This document shows positions 13,147 through 24,370 of a DNA stretch of 64,000 bases, one piece after another (position 1 is the first letter of the stretch; each line of letters starts with the position of its first letter). The DNA comes from Leucoraja erinacea. Its lineage: Eukaryota. The stretch lies in NCBI RefSeq assembly GCF_028641065.1, contig NC_073391.1:36456001-36520000 (forward strand), in the 5' to 3' direction. The notes below the pieces were generated by a model that saw only the letters and a program-made list of their open reading frames with translations, was not told the origin of the DNA and ran no database searches. The position numbers were made by a program, and so were the translations under genes.

Positions 13147-14215
13147 TCGCTTATTATAGCTGTGAGGAATAGGCTACTAAATCTCTAAATGAATGGGCTG
13201 TAGCGGCGCCTGCTGGCGTACGCAGAGATCGAACCCGGCGTTCAGAAGCCGCGGTCACGTGACTCGGGAGGGGCCGCTTGTTTCGCGCGGTTTTTACTTG
13301 CACGCGTTAGTTCAGCGCTGACCACCGTTGTGGCCAGACGTGTCTGAAGAACCTGTATACTGGAAGTCGAACTTTTGAATAAAGATCTATTGAAAACTCC
13401 AGTAGTCGTTTCTCAGACCACTAAAGGGCGCACTTTAATCCAGTATAAAGGAATGCAGTTTTAATCCAGCTGTGATTCCATAGAAACATTTGAATGCAAT
13501 TGTAAGGATTATGCAGTTTAATCCTGATGTGAATGGATCCAAAGGTGTTAAAACAGCTGTAAGAAATGTAAAGGAATGTGATATTCGTTCATCTGTACAT
13601 GAGTCAGGTTTTAAAACTGCAAGGATTGATACAGTTTAAATCCAGTTCTGGGTGAAGATGAGGGTTTTAATCAGGTTGCAAGGAACAAAGATTTATTTCA
13701 GGCATGTAAAGTGGGCTTCAATCGGCTGGGAAAATGGGAGAATGTTTTAACCCTGTATGAAGGAAGTGGATTTTAATCTAGCTGTGAAGTTAAGAGGATA
13801 GTTGAATCCACAAATGGATGCCCTTGTTCATACAAGTGAATATGATGCTTTTCATACATCTTTGTGATGGGACCTCAAACCATATGTATTATCTGAAGGC
13901 GATAATAAAACCACATGATGAGGTTTTAATCTATCTGTGATATTGAAAGATATTTATCCAGTTGTCTGGCATGGCTTTTATCCATCTGATGACTTTAGTA
14001 AGAAGTGGTACCATTGCGAATCGGGACGATTTAACTGTGAGTTTATCAGAATGTATTAACTGTGAGCAAAGCTGTGAAATTATCAAGTTTTCATCTGAGT
14101 ATGGCGATTGAGAGCTATTAATCCAGTTGTAGTTTAGCAAGTTTTATTCTGGTTCTGAGGCTATCAGAAGATATTAATCCAGCTGTTTGATGGGTCTTTT
14201 AAACCATCTGTGAGG
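13147..14215 (+). repeat. Degenerate ~25-30-bp-period tandem array, core TTTTAATCCAGCTGTGA (two further units at 9451-9496)
   Basis: Core variants at ~13434, 13459, 13517, 13547, 13635, 13665, 13745, 13771, 13924, 13953, 13976, 14117, 14173, 14197 and others, with divergent linkers. Confidence 0.7.
13199..13425 (+). mobile_element. Solo LTR (227 bp), probably Gypsy-type
   Basis: TGTAGCGG...GACCACTAAA termini (TG...CA with one substitution), 4-bp TSD GGGC (13195-98 / 13426-29), AATAAA at 13378-83, CpG-rich. Confidence 0.8.
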
Positions 14216-14524
14216 TTATTGAGTTATCATCCAAGAATGTTTGAGACCTCCTGAATATGAATTATACATTTATCTTCACATCTGGTGCCACCGCTACAAT
14301 TCATCTGCACTCCCTGCCGATGACTCCATGATGCCGATTTCTCTGCACTCTTTCTATTAATATTGCCTCTGCTGTCTGAACTGCTGATCTCCTCCTATGC
14401 CACCATGTTAATTTCTCTTCAACCCACTCTCATGCCAACTTGCTCCCTCATAACGTCCCAATGGTTTCCCTGGCACCAATCTCCCCACCTTGTTCCCCAT
14501 TCATCTATCTGGTTCCCCATTCTA

Positions 14525-15010
14525 AACATGTATCTTGCTGGAAAGAATGCAGAGAAGATTTATGAGGACTTGATGGGTTGAGCTACAGGGAGAGGTTGGC
14601 CAGGTCACAACTTTATTCCTTGGAGCGCAGGAGGCTGAGGGGTGATCTTGTAGAATGTATAAAATTATGAGGGGAATAGATAGGGTAGATGCACAGAGTA
14701 TTTTACTCGGGGTAGGGGAATCAAAAACAAGAGGGCATATGTTTAAGGTGAGATTTAATTCGAACCTGAAGGGCAACTATTTTACTCAGAAGGTGGTGCA
14801 TATATAGAACGAGTTGCCAGAAGGGGAGTTGACACAGATACTATAATACCATTTAAAAGACACTTGATCAAGTACATGGATAGGAAAGGTTTAGAAGGAT
14901 ATGGACCAAACGTATGCAAATAGACTAGTTTAGATGAGGCATTTTGGCCAGCATGGACGAGTTGGGCCAAAGGGCTTGTTTCCATGCTGTATAACTCAAA
15001 TACTCTATAA
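14525..15010 (+). mobile_element. CR1 3' end, second subfamily
   Basis: Matches the CR1 ORF2 C-terminus and tail. Related copies at 12045-12270(+), 22255-22642, 34790-35582(-, split by a SINE), 37900-38565(+, split) and 43885-44295(-). Confidence 0.8.
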
Positions 15011-15684
15011 CTCTGAATCAAGTTTACAATCTGGGTGAAGAAATCTTTTCTCACCTCTTCGTTGAATGGCCGACCCATTATTTTGATACAGAGACCTCTG
15101 GAAACATTAACACTTTATCCATCTTGTCAAGCCCTGTACAAATGTATTTTCAGTTCATCGAGGTTCATCCATCAGACTTCTAAACTCAAAAGAGATTCCA
15201 GGCCACGTCTGCTTTTGATCTCCTGATTCAAGAAACCTTCCATCCCTGAAATCAATTTGGTGAAACTTGGCCGCGTTCCTCCATTGCTGCTATACACGTA
15301 GTTAGAGAGACCAAATGGTGCACAATCTCACCAAAGCCCTTGTAACCACAGCAAGACATCTCTATTCTTGTACTCTGACCTATTGCTATAGTGATAGCCA
15401 AATAAAATGCTGGAGTAACTCGGCGGGACAGAGGGCATCTCTATAGTGATGTTGATTTGGGAATAAATATTAGCTTGGATGAGATGAGGAACCTCCTTTC
15501 CATTAAAATAAAATGTCACAGGATCGTTTACATGCACTTGGGGAGGCATAATATGTTATGTAGTCTACAGCATTTATTCACCAAAAGATAGTCTAAATTA
15601 TTCTGGTGCATAATCTACTGAATCAGAGAGCAGAGCATTCAGCACTGAACCAGTTCTAACATTACCAAGGTAACATTTAATGTC

Positions 15685-15791
15685 GAAGGTAGACTCAAAA
15701 TGCTGGAGTAACACAGCGGGACAGGCAGCATCTCTGGAGAGAAGGGATGGGTGATGTTTTGGGTCAAGACCTTTCTTCAGACCGTTGTCTG
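15685..15791 (-). ncRNA. Penelope-derived hammerhead mini-insertion
   Basis: Reverse strand gtctgaagaaaggtcttgacccaaaacatc; perfect 13-bp TSD aacatttaatgtc. Confidence 0.65.
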
Positions 15792-16129
15792 AACATTTAA
15801 TGTCAATGTCCTCAGATTAATATTTAATCTGCATATTGCAATAGTGTCAAATAAAGTGTGATATTCTGATACCCCTTTACCTGTGGCCACACTTCCATAA
15901 TGAGAAATCATAGCCAAGCCCTGTTAAACAGCATTAATGGAAAGCTTCAGTTTGACTGATGGATTATCACAGCAGTGAGGCTTTTTTAACTTCTTAATTC
16001 ACTCAGCAAATGCAACAATAAAACCATTGACGAGGACAAATTAGCCAGAAACTAGAAAAAGGACAGTAGACGTGGCCACTGTATTACTGCTAAATTGCAT
16101 TTTTTTCAAGCTACTGCTGGAGTGTGGAG

Positions 16130-16440
16130 CTTAAACGTCACCGCGGTCTCGGCATAAGCTTAGGGGTAACCGCGCCTTTGCGGTTGCAGCTCCTAGACTA
16201 TGGAACAGCATCCCCTTTCCCATCAGAACTGGCCCCCTCCATCGACTCCTTTAAGTCAAGACTAAAAAATCATCTACACTCCCAAGCCTTTCCTGACGTC
16301 CACTGAGCGAGGGCTATATGTATATATGTATGCAGTTTGTTTGTTTATACTATTCTTATAACCAATGTAAAGCACTTTGGCCAACGAGAGTTGTTTTTTA
16401 AATGTGCTATATAAATAAATGTGACTTGACTTGACTTGAC
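16130..16440 (+). mobile_element. L2 LINE 3' end
   Basis: GNRAFAVAAPRLWNSIP...SIDSFKSRLKNHL, then gtaaagcacttt...aaatgtgctatataaataaa and a (GACTT)n tail. Confidence 0.8.
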
Positions 16441-18786
16441 CAAATATGGGTCATGGGGTTGAAAAACATCTCATGTTTAAGGCAATTGAGTGTCCAAATG
16501 TACTTCATTGGATGGCCGTCAGATAACATAAAACTTAAGACAACGGCCAAGAAAGATGAAATGAGGGTCGTAATTGATTAAAAAGTCTTTAGTATCGTTG
16601 CAAAGAGGAGATGTTTATGTTAAGAGCTGTAAATGAGAATGTCTAGCTTCCCTCGTGCTTTGGTAGTTCCTCCAGCTCCATGTCAGAAAATTTTCATCGG
16701 TTGCTGACCAACCTTATTTTCAAAATAGTGTGAGAGTTCATATTGACAACCGTAGTTGTGAATTAGTGGTATTGATTGAGTTACTAGTGGCAGTCCGTGA
16801 GATAGTCTAAATTATATGCTCTAGTTTCTGGTGTATGGGCGAGATACTTCTTCAGAACCAGCCTTAAGAAGTTACTTCACTATATAACATACCATGGGAA
16901 TGGCTTCCTTGTTTGCAGTTTTCTCTTTTAAAATGCAATGGTCCAGAATTTCCAGAGAACAATGAGTACAGAAACATATAAAATTCTTAAGGGATTGGAC
17001 AGTCTAGATGCAGGAGAATTGTTCCCCATGCTGGGGGAGCCCAGAACCAGGGATCAAGGTTGAAGAATACGAGATAGGTCATTTAGGACTGAGATGAGGA
17101 AGAACTTTCTCACCCAGAGAGTTGTAAATCTGTGGAATTCTCTGCCACATACAGCTGGGTGTTTTCAAGAGAGAGTTAGATTTAGCTCTTAGGGCTAATG
17201 GAATCGAAGGATATGGAGAAAAAGCAGGAATGGGGTACTGATTTTGGATGATCAGCAATGATCATATTGAATGGCAGTGCTGGCTCGCAGGGCCGAATTG
17301 CCTACTCCTGCACCTATTTTCTATGTTTCTATGAGGGACAATTCACAGCAGCCAGTCAGCCTTCCAGCATGTATTTGGGTGAAGGTGGAGGTACCATGGT
17401 TGATGGGAGAGGTTCCAGAGACATATGTAGGGGCTCAGCGGTATCCTAGCCTGTCACTGCACTAAAATAACATGGTTCTCCTCGGAATGCCTAAAACCAT
17501 TTGATGTGAACTCAACCATTTGATGTGAACTCAAGCCATTCACAATGTTCCAAGGATAGCTTTGAGCAGGCAAAAACTTCATTTGAAATGCATCCAATTC
17601 CAAAAGCATTTATAATGTGTAAGTGTGACTCATGCCAGCAAGTCCCCTGCCCCATTGTCAAACGTTCGGAAAGGCACAAAATGACATTGTTCTTATTGGG
17701 CATTTGCATCCAAAATACTTTTAAATGTATATAATGCCAAAACAACAGTGTTGCATGGTTGAATTTACAGGCTAGAGAGTAGCATATCATATTTGCAGAT
17801 GACACTGTTCGGAGAGGCAGCTGCATAGACAATAAGTAATAGACGTTATAATGAAAAATAGATCAAATGGCAGGTATGTTCCCCACACCATAACAGTAAT
17901 TACAGTACACTAAAAAAAGCACTTAAATACCGTTTGAAGACATTGACATGTCCCAATCTCACAAAAGTTGCCAAATAAATGCCATTCTCTCTCAAATAAA
18001 CACGAGAGCTGTGGCAGGTGGAATTTGAAATGGAAATGTGTGCAGTTATCAACTTTGGATCTGAGAACGACAAAGTGTAATATTTTCTAAATGCTGAGAT
18101 ATGTGTTATTACGAGGAAGCAAAGGGTTTTAAGCGTCTTCATAAATAAATCATTAATTACTAATGTTTAGTTTAGTGATACAGCGACGAAACAGGCCCTT
18201 CAACCCACTTAGTCTGCATTGACCAATGATCACCCATACACTCGTTTGATCCTACACACTGGGGACAATTTACAGAAGCCAGTTAACCTACAAACCTGCA
18301 AGTCTTTGGAATATAGGAGGAAATGGGAGCGCCGAGGAAACTCAGGCGGTAACGTACAAACTCCGTTCAGGCAGCACCCATAGCCAGGATTGAACCCAGG
18401 TCTCTGGCGCTGTAAGTCAGCAACTGTGCCACTGTGCCACCCTAATTCCGTGCCGCTCATGTGTTGGCCAAGAAAATAACTAAAAACAGAAAATTGAATT
18501 TTAGTCTTTCTTCGAAGCAGGTTGGAATTTCAAGAGGATCAAGTTATTCTTTAGCTGTCCAGAGCTTTGGATAAACCACTTCTGGACGACTATACACAGC
18601 TTTAGAAACGGCATCACAGGACGGATATCTTGGCCGTGGAGGGCATACAATGTAGCTTAATGTGACAATAGGAATATAAATCATGAGGGGATAGCTTGCA
18701 TAAACTGGAGTTTAAAATTTTATGTAGGATCTAATCAAATGATTTAAAGCATCAGTGTGAAAGAATGATTTACCCTGAAGGTGGAA

Positions 18787-19034
18787 TCTGTTTGCTTCAA
18801 CGTTACTTTTCACCATTATATTGATTAAGCAACTGGAAGTTTCGGGGAAACGACTCCGTAATTCCCCTGAAGGGGAAATACGGAATAAGAATGCAGAATT
18901 GTAAAAATAAAGCCAGCAGCATAATTAGGATTATAATGTACACATGAAGGGCAGGTGAATTACGGAGTCGTTTTCCCAAAACTTCCAGTTGCTTAGTCAA
19001 TATAATGGTGAAAAGTAAAGTTGAAGCAAACAGA
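18787..19034. repeat. Long inverted repeat: 83-bp arms (5 mismatches), 82-bp spacer; MITE/foldback-like
   Basis: 18787-18869 is the reverse complement of 18952-19034. Confidence 0.9.
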
Positions 19035-22000
19035 CTTTAACTGGGAGCAACAAGTGGCCCAAAGGTGAGGGGATGAAGGTGGAACACAGGCTACCCAAGG
19101 GTGATTAAATAGCCTATGACCCTAGACAAAATTACCTACCCCCGCATTGAATGCCTCTCAGGAAATGTTAGCCTGGATTTCATGGGGAAATGCGCACTTT
19201 CCTACTGTCATTTCCTTGTGCAGATCCACCAAGTTTGGGATTCCCATGTACTGGGTGATTATCCAAACATGGGAGCCTTAGACCGGCTGCTTCGGACCTG
19301 CTGGCCTTTGCTCAACTGCTGAGCTGCTGATGAGAGTTCAGCATGAATTGCAAAGTCCCAGCATCGATGCTCTGGTATCCGCCCAAAAGAAATTGTGCCA
19401 AATCAGAGCACATCTAGGAAACCCTCTTCCTGGAAGCACTGCCAAATAGATTCTGAAATATGCATATTCTTACCATTCTCTAATTTTAGGTAACCCTCGA
19501 CTCACTCTCTCATTCCGATCCTCTTCTGTTCCCCCCACATTTGGGCCTTTCTCATGCCAGACATAGATTCAATGGGCTGACTGGCCTCCTGTGTTGTTAG
19601 GAAATAGGACAGTGTGAAAGATACCAATAATCCGATCCTCAGATCAATGATGCCACCAGTGAAAATCCTGATGGAAATTCCTGATCGGCAGCACTTTCTC
19701 CTCACAAGGACCCAACCTTTCTCCTCACAAGGACACAACCTCCCCCAGTCACCTGTCACCTCTTTGCAGCCTCTGGTTCCATCCACCTTCTACCCACACA
19801 TTTCACCCACTAGATCCACCCACTCTCAATCTGGTTTTAGTTTCATCTGCCCTTCACGTGTCCCCCCCGAATGGTTCACATTGACGCCTTCCTTGCTTTG
19901 ATTCTAGCACTGGTGGCTTTTATGTTCCGCTTACACCTCCAACAGTTGGTCACCATCTAGCATCCATCAAGGAACCAACCTTAATCCAATATATCTGTTT
20001 TCCCTTTGCACATTCTGAAAAACAGGTAAAGCAGAGGGTACTTTCTTCATTCATATATATATGAAGGCCCACTGTGGTTTGAAGGGGTTGGACTACTACT
20101 TAGACAGAGGCTTGAAGCACTGTTCTATGACGATGCAATGACTGATAACAATCAATTGCAATTCCAAGATCATCATTCCTTCATCCTGAGAGAATATGGT
20201 TCAGATTGCTGAGGCAGTTCACTTTTCAATCACAAAAATACTTTCTCAGCCAAGTATGTTTCGCAACATACGGGGAATTTCATTTGCCAAGTCAGTCACA
20301 CAAATAAAAAGCAAGGAATACACAAAACACATTTTAACATAAACATCCACCACAGCGATTCCTCCACATTCCTCGTTGTGATGGAAGGAGAAATACAGTT
20401 CAAATCTCTTCCCTTAGCTCTCCTGTGCCCAGGAGCCTCGAACCTTTTACATCCTTCTACCCCTCTAGAGTAATAGGTGATACAGCATAGAAACAGGCTC
20501 CTCAACCCACCACGTCAGTGCCAACAATCATGTCTATCTATACTAATGTAGCTTGTCTACATTCATACCATATACCTGGAGAAACAAAGAACTGCAGATG
20601 CTGGTTTACAAAAAAAGACACCAATTGCTGGAGTAACTCAGAGAGTCAGGCAGAAACTCCAGTGAACATCGATAGGTGATTTTTTAGGTTGGCACCCTTT
20701 TTCAGACTGATTGTGGTGAGAGGGGAGGGGGAGAACCTATCACTTGCCAAGCTTTGTCCTGCCCCTCCTCTCTTCCAATGTTCTATTCTCCCACCAACCA
20801 CAATCATTCTGAGCTATCTCTGCACTTGATGTCATTTTTATTGCTTATCCTTCACTGCCTTGCTCATTCTAGTTCTCTTAAATGTTTCTTCACCACCTCC
20901 TCAGGCAGCTCGTTCCAGATACCAACTACTCTTTGTGTAAAAAATGTACCCCTTGGATCCCCTTGACACCATCTCCCTCTCACCTTAAACCTATTGTTCT
21001 ATCGTTCTAGACATCCCTGCCATGGGAAATAGAGGCAGACTATCTACCCTATCCATGCCTCACATCTGTCTGAAGAATCAGTCTGAAGAAGGGCCTCGAC
21101 CCAAAACATCACCCATTCCTTCTCTCCAGAAATACTGCCTGTCCAGCAGTTACTCCAGCATTTTGTGTCCAGGCCTCTCATAATCTTATATACCTCTATC
21201 ATTCACCTCTTTGCTTCCTTCACTCCAGCAATAACAGACCCAGACCTTTCTCTCCCTATAACTCAACCATGCCATTCCAGGCAACATCCTTGTGACTCTC
21301 TTCTGAATCCTCTGTAGTATAACCACAGATTTCCTGCAATGTGGCAACCAAAACTACACACGGTATTCCAAATGCAGCCAATGTTGCACAGTGTTGTATG
21401 TCAACATTATATTGAATGTTTATGTAATTGTAGCACAACATCCCAACTCTTGCACTCAATACTTCAACCAATGAAGGCAGGCAATCCTCTTTCACTATCC
21501 TCCGTGCCTATATGGTTCCACTGTCATGGAATGATGTACATGTACCTCAGGATTTCTCTGTTCAACAACACTGTTCAACGTGGGCCAGGTACAACTTCCC
21601 AAATTGCATCACTTTGCACTTAGAATATAGAACCGTACAGCACAGAACAGGCCTTTTGGCCCACAATGTCTGTGACGAACATGAAGTCAAGACCATCACT
21701 TATCTACCTGCATATAGCCCATATCCTCCATTCCCTGCATATCCAAAATTTGGACATGCCTATCGAAATCTCGTTAAAATGCCACTAACATATCTGTCTC
21801 AACCACCACTGTGGGCAACATGTGGGTAAAGATTGTAAATTGTCCGTAGGATAGTGTTAGTATATAGGGATCACTGGTCGTCTTAGACTTGATGGGCTGT
21901 AAAGACTGGTTCCATGCTGTATTTTTTAATTAAACCAAACTATACTAAACTAAACATTCACTCATCCTGCCAGCCTTGCCCTTCACTCTAACAGTCCCTG

Positions 22001-23195
22001 AAGTCTTCCCATCTCACTTTTAAAGCCATTCAGACACCCCTTTACTTGCAAATAGCATCTCCCAGTCAGTTCCAGTTCCTGTATGATGACATGAAAATTA
22101 GCCTTGCCTTAAATTAAGGCTTTAACTTGAGGACTGGTCATAGCTTTTTCCATGACTACCTTGAAACTAATAGAATTATGGTCATTGGTTGTAAAGTGAT
22201 CTCTAACTGACCCTTCAGTGACCAGCCTCATTTCCTGATGGCCACTTTTCTGGTAGGTCTCTTACCCAGAGTGGAGGAATCAAGAATCGGAGTGCATAGG
22301 TTCTCCGAAGGGGAATTTTTTTTATAGGAATGTGAGAGGCAACTTTTTCAAAGGATGGTGGAGAGATGCATGGAACGGGCTGGTGGAGGGATGCATGGAA
22401 CGGGCTGGTGGAGGTTGCAGTTGAGGCAGGGGCTATCACAACATTTAAGAAGCCATTAGACAGGTACTTGGATAGGACAGGTTTAGGAGGGGTCCTTTGT
22501 GCATCTACCTGATCTATTCCTCTCATGATTTTATACACCTCTACAAGATCACCCCTCATCCTCCTGCGCTCCAGGGAATAGAGTCTCAGCCTACTCAACC
22601 TCTCCCTATAGCTCAGGCCCTCTGGTCCTCGCAACATCCTCGATTGTTGTTCTGTACAGTCGTAGTGAATGCATTTGACAGTCAGTTCAGGCAGCATCTT
22701 AAGGTACCTCACTTTACAATGGGTGGTGGCCTCCACAGAATAATACAACCAGCCATAAATAACCTAATTCACTTCCTCACACCAGCTTTCTTCCAATCAT
22801 CTTGTGCTTCTTCAAAAGTTCAGTGATTCTGTTACTAATTCAATGTCTGCATGCTTGCATGCATTTGACAGGTCTGCAGCTATCTGGCTTTTCTCCTCTT
22901 AATTAGTATCGCAAAGGGTGTGGCCAGCTATCACAATGTTAAGATTGTAGCCAGTCTTTGTCATGTTTTGAGGCAAGCCAGCAGCAATGGAAATACTAAG
23001 TCTTCCAGACTTTCTTTCCATCCGATAATCTCTGTTTTGTTCTCCGTGAATGGAAAGCAGACTGTTTGACAAGCATGACAGGAATACGATTTAAACATGA
23101 ACAAAGTGGAAGTGTTATGAATAAGGGATAGGCCATTTAGGACTGAGTTGAAGGCAGTGGAGGCCAATTCACTGGATGTTTTCAAGAGAGAGTTA

Positions 23196-24370
23196 AGGGC
23201 CTGTCCCACTTAGGCGACTTTTTAGGAGAGCGTAGGAGATTCTGCGCTCACCACATGGTGGCCACATGTTCACTGGTGGTCTCTGGTGAGCATGGGCGTA
23301 AATCCTGGGGGGATGGGGGGACACGTCCCCCACATGCTTTCAGAAGTGGGGGACAATTCCCCCCATTTTTTGTAATCCGGACTTAATCAGACGCTTTCTA
23401 GAATCGACCCATTCGCGGGGCCTTTCAGCAACCGGCGCGGCTTAAAATCAAACTGCTGCATCGAGGCGATCGAGGCTCCTGATGTTGAAGCCGCCTCCGG
23501 CCGATGAAAGCCCCACGAATTGGGGCGGACGAAGCTGCTGTTGCTGGAGTTCGGAGTCGATCACCAACCAGGTCAGCTTTCGATGTTACTGTCCACAGGG
23601 CCCGCGTCCGAAACATCGCACGTGTGTGCATGAAATTGTGTGTGTGTGTGTGTCCCCCCCCATGTTTTGATAGCGATTTCCTTGCCTGCTGGTGAGTCTC
23701 CTTCATGGTTGCGAGGAGTTCCTGCATTCTGGGAACTAGTCGCGGCCTCAGTATGGTCCCGCAAATTTTTCAACATGTTGCAATTTTTTTTGAAATAATC
23801 GATTATCTTGTAGGTGCAGTTATAGTGTGGTCGCCATGTAGTTGTCGGTAGTTGAGGTAGTCGTAGGTAGTTTTTAGTTAATCACCTTTGCCTTTAGTTA
23901 ATCACCTTTATTTAATCACGGTCATTTTCATTGGCTCATTGGGGAAAAATAAACATAAGCAGGGGTTTTCAGAACCAAGGATAACCAACCGGTTATGTTA
24001 AATGTCCGCCGAACTTCACAGCTGTGTATCCCTGGCTTATTAAAAGTTGGCTGGCTTCTTAAAAGTTGTCTCCACTCCTCCTCCCTCCTTCTCCCCCTCT
24101 CTTTTAAAGGACTTACCGTACACTGTGCTAGCCATCTTAATCACAGCGCCAACCTTCCTGTTCATCGTGGTGAGTGCCTGGATCACCATGGCTTTGCACT
24201 GTGTGAATTTCAGACAGCGCTCCCCCCGCTTGCTTTGGCCCCCACCTTTGTGATGTGTTTGTGTTCCACTCTGACAGTTGCCGTTCCAGTTCCCGGTTTT
24301 TCAGGCGACTGCTGGCAACTTGACAGTCGCCGGAAGTCCGCTGAAAAATCGCCAAAGAGGGACAGGCCCA
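23196..24370. mobile_element. PIF/Harbinger-type non-autonomous element inserted in a CR1 3' end
   Basis: TIRs AGGGCCTGTCCCACTTAGGCGA / TCGCCAAAGAGGGACAGGCCCA and TTA TSD; the CR1 sequence gagagagTTAgat is restored on removal. Confidence 0.88.
23291..23688. mobile_element. hAT-type MITE nested in the Harbinger element
   Basis: Perfect 8-bp TSD ctggtgag (23283-90 / 23689-96); ends CATGGGCGTAAATC / GATTTCCTTGCCTG (imperfect TIR). Confidence 0.75.

Noticed and set aside
13147-14215. CRISPR-like repeat/spacer appearance
   Set aside because: Vertebrate DNA, cores too degenerate, linkers only ~10 bp, and no cas genes.
17495-17533. Short tandem duplications (19 bp here; 16 bp at ~25881-25922; 7 bp x3 at ~38985-39005)
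   Set aside because: Ordinary slippage duplications with no further structure.
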